From assembly GCF_009914755.1 (NCBI RefSeq), contig NC_060925.1: a DNA stretch of 64,000 nt; one strand, given 5' to 3'. The stretch is from the human T2T-CHM13v2.0 reference genome, Homo sapiens. The notes beneath the pieces are model-generated. The model did not search any database, was not told where the DNA came from, and saw only the letters and a list, made by a program, of their open reading frames with translations. Within the stretch, counting starts at the first letter, position 1; each line of letters begins with the position of its first letter. Shown here piece by piece: positions 35,218-49,281 of the stretch. Made by a program: the position numbers and the translations under genes.

Positions 35218-35840
35218 GACTTTTTAGCTTCTGGGTTTTGCAAATAAAATAATATTCTTAGCTTCCTTTATACAATAATATCAGAGTGTTTTATGTATAA
35301 TAAGAAATTCACCCTTCGGCCTCTATTCACTCTTTATCCTGAGAGAGAAACTGAGGCACAGAGGCTTGATCAGGTCTGCAGGTTATCATGATCAGCTCCC
35401 AGAACAAAGTAAAGATAGCCAAAATGTAAACTTTTCCAGACTTTGTGACTGGTGGTCCAGTGTGTGAGATAGGTACTCAGATGTCCTGGCTTTCAGTCTG
35501 ATTTTTATTATCCAGTTCCAGCCAAGAGCAAGATGCCCAAAGTCTGAACTCACATTACTGTCCATTTCATCTGCTACAACACAAAGATGGAACGCTGTTA
35601 TCAAGTAACGCTCTGTTCTGCGCCTGCAGCCACTGCACAGCAAGCTAAATTCTTGGGAAGCCTCACTTCCTTGTTCATTTCACAGATGTATGTGGAAGAA
35701 ACATCACCAGGGAGTTGATCTGAGAAGGGTACAGACGTGCAGCATGTCTGCCAGAGGAAACTTGGGGCCTGTGGCCAAGTTCAGTGTTCATTTTGGTTTT
35801 TCCATTTTCCTTCAGAAAGTCCCTTTGTTGGTCTCTGGTG

Positions 35841-35891
35841 TCAGCTCTCTGTAAGTGTCACACTAGCATAGACTGTGATGGAATTTGTTTC
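35841..35891 (-). CDS. SLAMF1: SLAMF1 exon 7 coding part, second ITSM (TVYASV, Y327) and stop
   Basis: CCCCAG|GAA acceptor. Encodes ETNSITVYASVTLTES-TGA (35843-35841). Exons 2-7 sum to 932 nt, consistent with a 335-aa protein given a 76-nt exon 1. Confidence 0.97.
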   Translation of the reverse strand, partial: ETNSITVYASVTLTES

Positions 35892-36839
35892 CTGGGGACA
35901 AAGCAGAAGTCTGTGAGTAGAGGGACTGGATACTCACTTCACAGAATGCAAATGAAAACAGCACTGCTGAGGAAAAGGAAAGGGTCTTAGAGATCATGGC
36001 TTGTGCAGGGTCTGTCACAGACAGGGCCTTGCTGGGACAGCACTTGGGTTCCCACACTGCTTCTCCACCTGCAACAAGGGCCACAGCTCCCTTCCAAGCA
36101 TAAGCATGCCATTATGGGGAGCATGATCTGAGGACCAGCACTCAGTGCCCTGTCTCCCTCTTTGCCCTCTCCCCTTCCATCCCCTTGTAAGGAAAACCAT
36201 TTGTTTTGCTGTTACATATGGGTCACAATCTGGGAAGCCAAGAGAGTTGTAAATTATTGAGTTTTTAAAAAGTCTAGTGGGACTCAAAGGGAGAAGAGAA
36301 AAGTGGTATTGGCAGGAGAGAGGAAGGGGAGAAGAGGGTTATGCGCAAAGATCTCTCATGTCAAAGAAACAAAGAAAATAGAATTTAAGGGTTTTGCCAT
36401 AAAATGTTAACTATAGCATACTGTTTTTGTCCTTAAGTAAACTTCATTAAAAATATATGTATTTTTTTGAAGCTTTGAAGTCAGGTTTATATTTTTACTT
36501 CCTTCTTAGATATGACAGTGAAGTGAGAATGGACCTCAAGTTGAAGATTGGTTTCATCTTGAAATATAGGGCACCTGCCCAGGCATTTCTGGATGAGTGT
36601 GTGTGCGGTAGGAGCTTTGAAAAATAAGGTGGATGCAGGCATTTGTGTGACCTTTGTGCCTCTATCATCCTGGGCTCTCTTCTGAAAGAGCCCAAATGGA
36701 GCAAAGATTTCAGCCCAGAATTTATTTCTATTCATTCAGTAAAGGAAAGATTCCTGTCCGAAGTAAACTTAGTCCCTGCTGATCTTGCAATAGGGTAGAA
36801 TATGCAAGTCTCATTTTGAGCTGCACCCCATATTCTCTT

Positions 36840-37180
36840 CTAGGCTTAACACCTATGCAGATCTCCACCCCTAAATATTCTGATTAAATGGGGCTGCACA
36901 GAGTCTAGGCATGAGCATTTTTACAATGCTTCCCTGGTGATTCTGTTTTGTAGCTGGAGTTGAGAACTCCTGGACTCCAGCTGCTGTTCTTAAACTTGAG
37001 TGTGTATCAGAATTACCTGGGGTGTGGGTTTTTTAAATACGTAGGTCTATGGCTACTCTCCATAGACATTTTCATTTAACAGAATCCTAGGTGGAAGTCC
37101 CTAGGAATCTTTATTTTTAACAAGTACGCTGGCTGATTCTGATGTGGTCCTTGGACAACTCTCAGGGAAACACTGGCCAG
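36840..37180. mobile_element. MER5-type DNA transposon fragments
   Basis: cttaaacttgagtgtgtatcagaattacctgg and gctgattctgatg phrases. Confidence 0.65.
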
Positions 37181-37319
37181 CAGGGGGTTAGCAGTGGCCC
37201 CGTGTGAGCAGGTATTGGGGGCTTCATGGAAACTGGAAAACCAAAGCCACAGAGACTCCTTTTTGCCTGCATGCTGTGGCCTCCCTTCCCCAGTCCAGGA
37301 CTCATCAATCTGTTTCATT

Positions 37320-37503
37320 TAATTTGTTTTTGTTTTAATTTTTTTTTTTTTACTTTTATTTTAAGTTCAGGCGTACATGTGCTGGTTTGTTACATAGGTA
37401 AACTTGTGTCATGAGGATTTGTTATACACAGTATTTTGTCACCTAGGTATGAAGCCTAGTGCCCAATAGCTATTTTCCCTGATCCTCTCCCTCTTCCCAC
37501 CTT
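37320..37503 (-). mobile_element. Short L1PA 3'-end insertion
   Basis: Poly-T then ttttaagttcaggcgtacatgtgctggtttgttacataggtaaac. Confidence 0.85.
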
Positions 37504-37580
37504 AAAAAAAAAAAACTTCCTCATTTTCCCCTCCTTCATGTATTCCCTCTCTACGGAGAGTAGGCAGAGAGATGCCTCAC

Positions 37581-37673
37581 CTGGACAGACTCTGGGACAG
37601 GCTCTGTGGCAGCAACATATATGGTGGTGCAAGGGTCCTGAGCTGGGAAGGAGTCAAGTTTCTTCTGAAGAGG
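37581..37673 (-). CDS. SLAMF1: SLAMF1 exon 6, cytoplasmic (TIYVAA, Y307)
   Basis: 93 nt, TTGTAG|CCT acceptor and CAG|GTGAGG donor. Encodes [31 protein letters not shown]. Confidence 0.97.
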
Positions 37674-39032
37674 CTACAAGAGAAGCAAAGAAAGCAGATT
37701 AGCTGAACAGAGAGAGCTAGTTCTCACCCAACTCTCCGATAGAGAAGCACAGACTCAAGAAGACTTGAGGCAGAAAGTTCCTTCCAGTCATTTGGTCCAA
37801 CCTCCTTCTCAGGTGGGAATTCTCCCCCAAATTCTCTGGAACTCAATTCCCCAGGCTTTGCTTGGACTCCCCAAGTGGCGTCTTGGGGTGCACAACCTCC
37901 CAAGGCAGCCTCATCCATTGTCAGTGCTTCTCAAATGTTTTAAATGTCTTCCTCACAAGAAACTGAAATTGGTGTGGCTCTTACAGGGGCAGCTGGAGGG
38001 GACAGAATAGCAACAGAATTTAGTCCGTCTCACTCATATCACCGGCTACATGCAGAATTCTTGCATCCCACACTGCCATTCCTACTCTTCCTCCTCCTCA
38101 CATATGTCTTCTCATTTGCCTCACAACCACTCTGTGTTAAATACTGTTGTTACTCACACTTCACCGATGATGAAGCTACAGCTCAGAAAGACCAAATGTT
38201 TTCCTAATGTGTACAAGCAAGAAGTGTCAAAGCCGGGAGTCCCCTGCCTTAAGCTCTTTTAACTTAAGGTGCATGTCCTTTCTATCACTATTCTTTTTTG
38301 GTCACTCAACTTATAATGACCTATCCCTTACTTAAATTCCTCAGGTATTTAAAGTCTAATTTACACTTTATGGCACTCTATGCTATATTTAAAACATTCT
38401 GATATATTTATGTGTTGTTTCTCCAGTCTATACATTCCTTGAGAAATAAGCCATATATTTTTGTACTCCCCACAGAACAGTATTGGACACATAAAAATAA
38501 ACTCTTCAGCTGATATTTGTTGATGTTACTTTGAACGAATTAAAATCCACAATTCCTGGACAAAGACCTCAAAATAAATTGAGACCACATCCTTGTAAGA
38601 TGCGGATGCCATCACTTACAATAGGGAAGTCATTAATTCAACACATTTTGGGGACACTGGTTATGGGATAATGCTGCTGTCCACTCTCCCTGGGTATAGA
38701 GCCAGACTTGAAGCCACACCACATGTGTTTTAATGCGAGAAAACTTGGAATTTTGTCATGTGATGGAAGGGTTAAGGAATTAGGAAAGTTTATTGGAGGA
38801 AAAAGGGATGGGACATAATTTTTCTCTTCATATATTTGATGAATTGCCATATAGAAAAGGAATTCAATTTGCCTATAAAGTATCTCAGGTTTAAACCAAG
38901 ATTAGGATTTGGGGAAAATATTTTGATTCAATATAATGAAGATCTTTCTAATGGTAAAAGATGTTCAAATGTGGGATGAATTGCCTTGGCAGGCAATGAG
39001 CTCCTATAGTTATAAGTGCTTGGGCATGGTCT

Positions 39033-39203
39033 AGACCAGTGCTGCTGACTTTTATTATGCATATGAATTACTTGGGGATCTTGTTAAAGGGTTGATTCTA
39101 TTTCGGAAGATCTGGAGCAGGGCCTGATTCTGCATTTCTAATAAAGTCCCAGGTGATGCTGATGCTGCTTGTTCACAAACTATATTTCAGTAAAAAGGAG
39201 CTA
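39033..39203. mobile_element. MER5A
   Basis: gaattacttggggatcttgttaaa...ctgcatttctaataaagtcccaggtgatgctgatgctgct. Confidence 0.75.
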
Positions 39204-39386
39204 GGCAACACTTTGGAAGTAATGTTGTAGCAGATAATTCAAGCAGTAATTGGGTGGTTCAGATAGATGGCTTTCAAGATCCCATACAATTCTTAAATAC
39301 ATTTTGAAGAAATTTTGAGTTTAAGAAAGAATTTCTTGCAGTGATGAGATAAAGAGGCTATCAAAACAGTTTATTAAGAGACCTTT

Positions 39387-39743
<357 letters not shown>

Positions 39744-40705
39744 TTAGCATAACCTGACCTAGAGGCAGAAGGAGGCAAATAACTTACATTTTTAACATTA
39801 ATTCAGAAGTTTTAGAAAGGAGAAAAATATGTAAAAGAAGTCACCTATAGTCCTATTAAGACTCTGTGTGTGCTTAAATGTTCACTTCAGGATTTTTATC
39901 CAGGCATAGGGAATTATTTTAAACATAAATATAATAAGTTAGTATATTTTTGTATCTTATTATCTTCTGTTAGGACCACTGATTTGTACATCTTTAGGGA
40001 GCATCATTTACAAGCAACTCCAGAGGCATTATTTTCACATAATTTTTGTGAATGGTGGCCGCTGGAATTAATTCTGCAAGATACTAGCTCTGATAAGTCC
40101 TAGAAGAGTTCCTAGCACACAGTAAACACTTGTTTAGTGATTTTCATGTTATTATATTCTTTATAAGATTATTTTATAGCCATTAAAAATAAGAATAAAG
40201 GCATTGTTAGTTTTTAAATAATTGTCTACATTATTACAGTCTTTATAATGATATAATAAAGACATCGCAAATATGAACAAAGAAAATTGTGAAAATGTGG
40301 GTAAGTAAGTATATATTTTTATATATAAAACAATAATAATTATGTCTTGTGTGTTTAAAATATATATGAAATTCAAATAATGACAAAACGGTCACTTAAA
40401 TCAAGAGGTGAAATTATTGTGGACTTAAAGTATTATGCAGGAGGGAAGTAAACCTTAGACTTTGGTAAGTCAAAGTTGTATTTTATAATTTCTAGGGTAG
40501 CCACTAAAAAGACTGAAAAAAGTTGTTCACTAATATGTAGAGGAGAAAATTTAATAATAAAAATATAACTTAAAAAAATTTCCACCAAAGAAACCCCAGT
40601 CTCAGATAGCTTTACTAGCAATTTGCTCTACTAGCAAATATTTAAGGGGAGAAATAAGACATCCTACCCAAATATCGCAGAGAATAACAAAAAGGAAATG
40701 CACCC

Positions 40706-41156
40706 TGTGGTGGGTTGAACTGTGGCCCCAAAAGATATGTCCAGGCAGAATGTCAAAATGTGACTTTATTTGAATAAAGGTCTTCACAGATGTCAAGATA
40801 AGGATTTCAAAATAAGGTCATCCTGGATTAGAATAAGTCCGAAGTCTGATGATGAGTGTCCTTATAAGAGATGGAAAAGAAGAAGACACAGAGAGGGAGG
40901 TCATGTGAAGATGAAGGCAAAAATTGCAGATACACAACTACAAGCCAACAAATGCCACGGAGAGCCTGGAGCCACCAGATGCTGGAAGAGGCAAAGAGGA
41001 TTTTCTCTTAAAGCCTCCAGATGGAGTGTGGCCCTGAGGATGTGCCTCCTTGATTTTGGACTTCTGACCTCCAGAACTGTTAGAGAATAAATTTCTGTTG
41101 TTTTAAGCCACCAAGTTTCCAGTAATTTGTTAAGGCATCCCTAGGAAACTAACATA
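40706..41156 (+). mobile_element. MLT1C-like MaLR solo LTR hosting the SLAMF1 short-isoform exon
   Basis: tgtggtgggttgaactgtggcccc...ccctaggaaactaacata; 5-bp TSD caccc/taccc. Confidence 0.88.
40828..40860 (-). CDS. SLAMF1: SLAMF1 alternative terminal exon of the short-tail isoform (DTHHQTSDLF-stop)
   Basis: Polypyrimidine tract plus TTATAAG|GAC ACT CAT CAT CAG ACT TCG GAC TTA TTC TAA, in phase 0 with exon 5. AATAAA on minus at 40770-40765. The peptide matches the known truncated SLAM isoform C-terminus. Confidence 0.85.
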   Translation of the reverse strand, partial: DTHHQTSDLF

Positions 41157-41924
41157 TACCCCAACTCCTTATGTGAATTAGCATAAATCTTTATATCAAA
41201 ACCCCACTGGTTGGGCATGACTACCCAGGTCCCTTCCAGTTCTTAAAGTCTGAATTTTTAACAGGAGAGCGACCAACTTTACCGTGATGTGGGTATTAGG
41301 TAGAGTAGCTGTGTGTCATTTTGGGATCAATCTGAGGCTTGTGATTAAAGAAGAGTCCAGGAAGAACTCTGTTACTTATTTTTTTAAGGACATTTGAAAT
41401 ATTTCTACCTCAACTTGTATCCCAGTTAGATATATTCACAAGAATGCTATATACCAGCCACTGCAGTGCCTTCTTAAAAAAAAAAAAGGCATTATACAAG
41501 AGAATTACAGGCCAATTTCACTCAGAAACTTAAGTGGAAAACCAAACTCTTAACAAAATATTAGCAAATAAAATCCAGTAATGCTTAAAAAGGACTAGAC
41601 TAAATTGGTCTACAACAAAATTAAGACCTTCTCTTTATCAGTAGGTATCTCTGAGAAATTCCAAAGGCAAGCTACAGATGGGTGAAGGTATTTGCTAACA
41701 TATCTGCCAAAGGGCACATATCCAAAATATATGAAAAGCATATACTAGTCCATAAAAGAAAGACTAAACCTCAAAGGGAAATGGGCAAGAGATTAAATGG
41801 GCACTTTAAGAAAGAATTTTAATATGGCCAATAAACATATGAAAAGTTGTTCAACTTCCTTAATAATTACAGAGATGTGGAATAAAAGCATAATAAGACA
41901 CATCCAACAGTAGGACTAAAATTA

Positions 41925-42270
<346 letters not shown>

Positions 42271-42882
42271 GGCATAGCAATTGAGACTCTCATATGTAGC
42301 TGATAGAAAAGTAAATGGATACGCCCACTTTGAAAAACAGCTCGGCCTTATCTAGTCAATTTGGAGGTATGCATACTCTACGATTCAGCTGTTCTACTTC
42401 CAGGTATATCTAGGTATATACCCCAAAAAATATGTGCACATGTCCACTTAACGACTTGCATATGAATGTTCACAGCTGCAACTTTCATAATAGCCTCAAA
42501 CTGGAAATAACCCACATGTCCATCAATAGTCAACTGGATAAATAAACTCTAGTATATTCATACGTTTATATTCTATGAAGCAATGAAAAAGAATGCATTA
42601 TATCTAAATTCAAAGACATATATGAATCTCATAAAGATAATACTGAGCAAAATAAATCAGACATGAGAGAAAAAAGAATAAAGAATTCAATTTTTATAAA
42701 GTTCAAAAATAAAAAAGGAAAAAGCTAACCTATTTTTCTAGAAGTCAGGATAGTGGTTATCTTTGGGGAGGAGAGAGGAAGTAATGATTGGGAAGTGGCA
42801 CAGGAGGCCTTCAGGAAGTACGGGCAATGTTCTAGTCTTTGATCTGAGTGGTAGTTTTATGGTATTAGAAGACTCAATACTG

Positions 42883-43191
42883 AGGCCAGGCACAGTGGCT
42901 CACATCTGTAATCCCAGCACTTTGGGAGGCTGAGGTGGGCAGATCACTTGAGGTTAGTAGTTTGAGACCAGCCTGGCCAACATGGTGAAACCCCATCTCT
43001 ACTAAAGATACAAAAATTAGCTGGGTGTGGTGGCAGGTGCCTGTAATCTCAGCTACTTGGAAGGCTGAGGCAGGAGAATCACTTGAACCCAGGAGGCGGA
43101 GGTTGTAGTGAGCCCAGATCACACCACTGCACTCCAGCCTGGGCGATAAAGCAAGACTCTGTCAAAAAACAAAAAACAAAAAACAAAAAAC
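42883..43191 (+). mobile_element. AluS with (CAAAAAA)n tail
   Basis: Full dimer. Confidence 0.95.
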
Positions 43192-43431
43192 ACGCAACAC
43201 TGAAAAATGTAATTTCTCCTCATATAGATCTGTAGACTCAATACAATTCTAATATTTTTTTTTCTTTTTGTGGTACTTGATAAGTTGATTCTAAAATACA
43301 TATGAAAGTATAAAGGAACAAGAATAGCCAAAAACTTTTGCAGAAAAACAAATTAGGAAGACTTGCTTTACCAAATATCGAGATATGTGTTTAAGGGTAA
43401 TTCACTGAGCTGACATTAATGTGTTGTGTAT

Positions 43432-43827
43432 TTTTTTGGTCAGAGTTGATCCTTACTGAGGAGTGGGTATGCATGAGTGTGTGTATGTGAGAGTGAGTGT
43501 GTGTGTGTGTGTGTGTAAAATGGAGGAGAGGACTAAAAGTGTGATTAGAAGCAGCTGGAAGTAGCAGAGGAGGTGGAAGTTAGTCCCCTCGAGTGTTTGC
43601 AAAGTAAGACATGCCTGCCCAGCACTCTCCTAGGTGTATAGTGGCTACAAATAGAGTAGAGAACAGACTCCAGTCCTCAAAGACTTTCAGTCTTGCAGGT
43701 CAGCTCAGACTCAAATGTAGAACTGGGAGGACAGTCCTGAACTGATGAATGCCACTGAATTTTAAATTTTATTTAATTCAAATTAATTTAAATTTAAAAA
43801 GCTACATGTGGCTAGTGACTACCATAT
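43432..43827 (+). repeat. Local composite duplication: copy of 46901-47196 joined to copy of 45927-46020
   Basis: Long shared strings, e.g. gagtgtttgcaaagtaagacatgcctgcccagcactctcctaggtg and cactgaattttaaattttatttaattcaaattaatttaaatttaaaa. Confidence 0.93.
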
Positions 43828-44868
43828 GTCATGCTTCACAGTAAAAAAGAGGGATGCTAGCAGCATAGGATAGAGTAGTGAGGGAAGACACTATGGTAAA
43901 GGTGAACCTGGTTACCTAAACAGGCAGATGAGAGCGTGGGGTGAAAGGGTTACTCTTGGGATTCTCATCTATTTAAATGGAGTTTAGTTGGGGGAAGGAT
44001 GGAGCTGGGTTGTGTAATAAGCCCTCCAGGCCACTAGGGGACAGCAGAAATAAGAACTTTGTTCAAGAGTCCATCTCCTGGTTCTCAGAAGTGCATTTGC
44101 TGTCTTTTCATGCAATTTTCTAAGGTACTATCAAAACCATCTTTACCTTCACATCCTTTACTCAAGAATTTGCCTCTACCTACACCCCAAATGTCCAGAT
44201 TCTGGCCTATACAATACCAAGAATTGCCTTCATGTTGAAAAACTACAGTGTCTCTACATCTAACCACGATCCTTTTAGCGTCTCTATCCCTTCCTTCAAG
44301 CATATCTGCTTCTCAACTTCACCATGCATCCAGTTTTTCCATCCTTCACTTCTTAGTCCAGTGATCACTCTGTCACAGTTTTCTTTCTTCCATCTCATCT
44401 TTCATCTCTTTAACCACACTCTAGCTAGAATTTTGAAGATCCTACCTTCCTTGTCACTTTTGCACTTAGTAAATCCTAAACTTGGATCAGTCCAACATGT
44501 CACACAATAGCTTTTCCAAACCTCCTCTCTCCTCAAGCCTGCACTCTTTTCCCTAGAAAAGGAAATAATTGACTAACATGGAACCTAGACTCCTACAATG
44601 CCAGAGCTGGAAAGAGTCATACAGTATGTATTTCCAGCTTCTTCATTTTTTTCCTGTGAAGACTCATGACCAGAAAATTATCCAGTGTTGCCCATTATTT
44701 CAAACACTGACGTTTAGTGACTTTAGGAGAACTCTTGTTCTTGACTCCTGTTCCCTACCTTCCTCTGCTCTGGATGGAAAACTGTGAATGTCCAACAGGC
44801 AAGGTAGACTGGCCAGGAATACTCTAGGAAACATGACAGGTTCATCTCAAACAAAATATAGAACTTAC

Positions 44869-44942
44869 ACCTGGTTTCTGGACTTGGGCATAGATCGTAA
44901 GGCTTTTTTTTTCCACTGTTGTCTGGTAATGGTTCGTTTTAC
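44869..44942 (-). CDS. SLAMF1: SLAMF1 exon 5, cytoplasmic, first ITSM (TIYAQV, Y281)
   Basis: 74 nt, CACCAG|GTAAA acceptor and GGT|GTAAGT donor. Encodes [25 protein letters not shown]. Confidence 0.97.
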
Positions 44943-45832
44943 CTGGTGAAAAGAAACCATAATGGTTATCTCCCTCTGGTCCCCAGCAGGAGCTCCTTAC
45001 TCAGACCTGGTCTTTACTGTCCTTTGCATACCCACTTTCCCCAAGGGCACAATGGAAACAAAGCCCTGAGTCCCAGCCCCCCTGCACATTTGTCATATTG
45101 TCTTAGGTTAGTTACTTGATCACTCTAGGCCTATCTGTGAAATGGGATTTGAAATACCTGCCTCACGGGGCTGTTGTGATAATTAAATGAGATACCACTT
45201 GTAAAGTGTTTAGAACACTGCCTGGTGCATAACAAATGCCCAATACGCATTAGGTGTTTTTCTCATTGGTGTACCATTCAATTACTTTAATCTCTGTTGC
45301 TCAATGTGCATATCTGGTCTCCTAATAGGATTCTAAGTTCTTTGAGGGCAGGGCTAGTTGTTTATACCTCTTTTGTATTTTCCAGCTGGTAGTATGTTGC
45401 TTCACTCACAGCTTTCTCACCTCCCTATTTCTGGGGGAATTGATGTGTGGGAGGTAAGGGCGGGGGGACGTGTAAGAGGGATGTTCCACCTGGGACTATT
45501 TAGAAAATAAAGCAACAATGTCATTCTGTTGCCCACCATCTGGAAATTTTGCTCAGGGCCTAGGGTCTCTGGAAATTAATAAGTTGCAGAATATTTTAAT
45601 TTTTAGCCAATTTTAAAAAGCTTTCTTTTTAAATTATAGGAGTAATTTATTCTCATCATAAAATAAAAATTGTGAAGAAATATATAAAGTATAAAGTAAA
45701 AAGTATAAATCCCCTTCTTCCATTAACCAACCCAATTTCATTCCCAAAAGAAACCGTATTTTTCAATACCTGTGAAAAGAAGTGGGAAAAAAAAGAAGAA
45801 ACCATTTTTAAAAGTTTGATGTATATCCCTGT

Positions 45833-46040
45833 AGATCAGCTCTGTGCAACAGAACTTTCTGAGATGATGGAAATGTTCCATATCTGCAGTGTCTAATACA
45901 GCTTACAGACACGGGGCTATGGAGCACCTGAACTGTGACTAATGTCACTGAATTTTAAATTTTATTTAATTCAAATTAATTTAAATTTAAAAAGCCACAT
46001 GTGGCTAGTGACTACCATATTAGACAATGCAGTTTTGGAT
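45833..46040. mobile_element. MER3-like hAT element
   Basis: agaactttctgagatgatggaaatgttc...ccacatgtggctagtgactaccatattagacaatgcag. Confidence 0.8.
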
Positions 46041-46371
46041 ATTTGCTATACTTATATAGACTTTTTTCCACACAAGAGGTGTCATTCTGCACACACTTCT
46101 CTGTAACTTGATCTTTTCACTTAAAATGTATTGAGGACATTTTTCATGTTAGCACAGTAGACCTATCTCATTCTTTCTAAAGTTGCACAGTATCCTTTGT
46201 ATACATCATGCAGCAGTAAGGATGGTGGGAAAGTGGCAGACTGAAGGATGGAGGTTTATTATGGGATTATTGCAAAGTCCAGGCAGAGGCAATGGAGGCT
46301 GGACCCAGAAAATCACAGCCTTTAAGGTAGACTTATTTTAACACCAGTTAATTTATTCTCTTAAAAAACTG

Positions 46372-47086
<715 letters not shown>

Positions 47087-47647
47087 CTAGGTGCTGTAGT
47101 GGCTACAAATAGAGTAGAGAACAGACTACAGTCCTCAAAGACTTTCAGTCTTGCAGGTCAGCTCAGAGTCAAATGTAGAACTGGAAGGACAGTCCTAAAT
47201 GGTCAGACAGATGGAAGAGGTGAGGTTGATTGTTGCTGCTTAAAAGGACCATTGGACCAAGATAATTTAGTCTCAGGTTATTTTCCCCAGTGCAAGAACA
47301 GGTTTTTAGGAGTAAGCTTAACTCGGCTCCAAGTCAGCAAGGTCTTAGGCTCTAAGGAAAAAGTCTTGGCCTTAAAATTAGGACATCTACATTGTAGCCA
47401 TCATTAGCTGTGTGGCATTGGACAAATCACGTCATCTCAATGGGTCTTTTCTCTTACCATAACTGTAAAATGAGGGCATAGAGTATCTAATATCCTTTTC
47501 AGCTTTTACCTGAAGCATAAAGTCTTATGTTACCATGACTTAAAATATTTTCAATCTGTTCTAGGTATTGTTTCCAGATGCTTCCAGTGCAGCTTCTCCT
47601 GGCCATAGCACTTACACATTGCCATTTTAATTCATCTACACTAAGAG

Positions 47648-47698
47648 ATCTGTCTATCTGTCTATGTATCTATCTGTCTGTGTATCTATCTATCTATC
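47648..47698. repeat. (TCTA/TCTG)n microsatellite
   Basis: Tetranucleotide run. Confidence 0.85.
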
Positions 47699-48598
47699 AC
47701 CCATCGATGGGAACCACTGTGTTCAGTGTTTTCTGTGTATTGATACCAATCTCCACCACAATACCATGAAGTACATAGTATTACCCCTGTTTTGCAGACG
47801 AGAAGTTAAGTCATTTGATCACACAGCTTGTCAGTAGCAAAATCTGCATCTGAATGTAAGTTTGTCTAATGCCTATACCCACATTCTTTATCAGTGTATT
47901 CTCCTGGACATGAAATTGCCAAAGAGTCATGAAATTGAAAAGCCTTCAGCGTCAGGCTGCATTCTGATGATTATAGCATTAGAAGCTGCCAATATAATTT
48001 CTTTAGCAAGGTTTTATGAAAGGTGCAGCAACTAAATATAAATTTTACCGCAAGTTTGAGGCAGTTTTGTGTGTTGCTAACTTACAAGGGACAAATGGTG
48101 AATGGGGTTGAGGTGAGGATGGGTATGTGTGTTGGGGAAGGTAGTGGGGAATTGTGGGATGGGGAGCACTATTCCCTTAGAGCACAACCATGTGATAAGC
48201 CAAGTGTGGTTGAGGAAAGAGTATGGCGTAGGATCCCAGCAATTTTACTAGGTAGGTTAATGTGGATAAGTTAAGTTCAGTTTTCTCATCCTGGGTCATC
48301 TCACTATTTCCTTATAGTATGAGCTAAATGTGATTGCCCTACCCCGAGCCCCATAGGCTGTCAACCTAATTTCTATCTGAATCACCCATCCCTCCTACCT
48401 GGCTAACTCTTAGATGGAGGAAATGAGACACAAGTAGGTCGCTGTGCTATGATCTAGATTTTTTTATATATGCAAAACCAACATCAGAGTGCTGAGGTAA
48501 GGGCTTTTCTAAGAAGGTTGTGTGTAGATGACACTGATCTACTTGAGAATGAAATCAGTCATCAGCTCAGTGTTATGAGGATCAAGTTCTATCCTTAC

Positions 48599-48681
48599 CA
48601 TGGGAAGGCAGCCGGGGCATCTCTCCTGGTCTTGGGTCAGGACATTTTGACTCCAGTATTGGTTGGTAGTAGTCAAGGTGG
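48599..48681 (-). CDS. SLAMF1: SLAMF1 alternative 83-nt exon (nCD150 isoform), frameshifts the cytoplasmic tail
   Basis: CCCCTCAG|CCACC acceptor, CCATG|GTAAGG donor, exactly 83 nt, 510 nt downstream of exon 4. Encodes ATLTTTNQYWSQNVLTQDQERCPGCLPM. Size and position agree with my recollection of the described nCD150 exon. Confidence 0.85.
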
Positions 48682-49191
48682 CTGAGGGGAGCACAATGCC
48701 CTGAGATATTGTATCATAGGGAAATTTGGAAGAGAGGACAGGGGATGGTACCTCTAGGCACTTCAACTGCAGGGGAATAATTGTGCCTTATTGGTTTCAT
48801 TCTAACCCTGGTGACTTTTTGGATGAGATCCAATAATTTTCTGAATTCTGTTCCCAGTGAATACTCTTAAACCTCTTGTTCACTTCTTCAGCATCCTGTG
48901 TTTACCCTGATGGCAGTGCTAGTCACACTAAACTGAAATTATCTGAATAATGTCTCTCACATTAGAAACCTGTGGCTCTTCTATTTCTTTCCACAGCCTA
49001 GTAGAGGGGATCAAGACATGTTGAATTAGACTGAATTAAGCAAGGTCCCAGGATATGTTTATCTACTATTTTTGCAAAGGTGGCCCCATGCAGAAAGCCA
49101 GAGTTGTGAGAGCAAGTCCGAGCCTGTGGAGAGAGGTCCCCTGCTTACCACAGAGAGTGTGATAAGAATCTATTTATTGCCAGACACCTAC

Positions 49192-49281
49192 CTCTTCTTC
49201 TCAACTGTAGTATTACCACCATGATGAGAATCATGATGACACCCCCTAACAGCCCAGCATACACTGCCCATGGTTTTGTTT
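49192..49281 (-). CDS. SLAMF1: SLAMF1 exon 4, transmembrane exon (in-frame skipping gives soluble SLAM)
   Basis: 90 nt, poly-T CCAG|AAAC acceptor and AGAG|GTAGGT donor. Encodes [30 protein letters not shown]. Confidence 0.97.

Larger units (their letters stand above)
33200..35840 (-). other. SLAMF1: SLAMF1 3'UTR (long form)
   Basis: Follows the stop codon. AATAAA on minus at 35217-35212 (proximal) and 33226-33221 (distal). The distal end is inferred from the signal. Confidence 0.7.

Noticed and set aside
35841-35855. Thr333 creating a class I PDZ-binding motif (T-E-S)
   Set aside because: The terminal residue is Ser, not hydrophobic.
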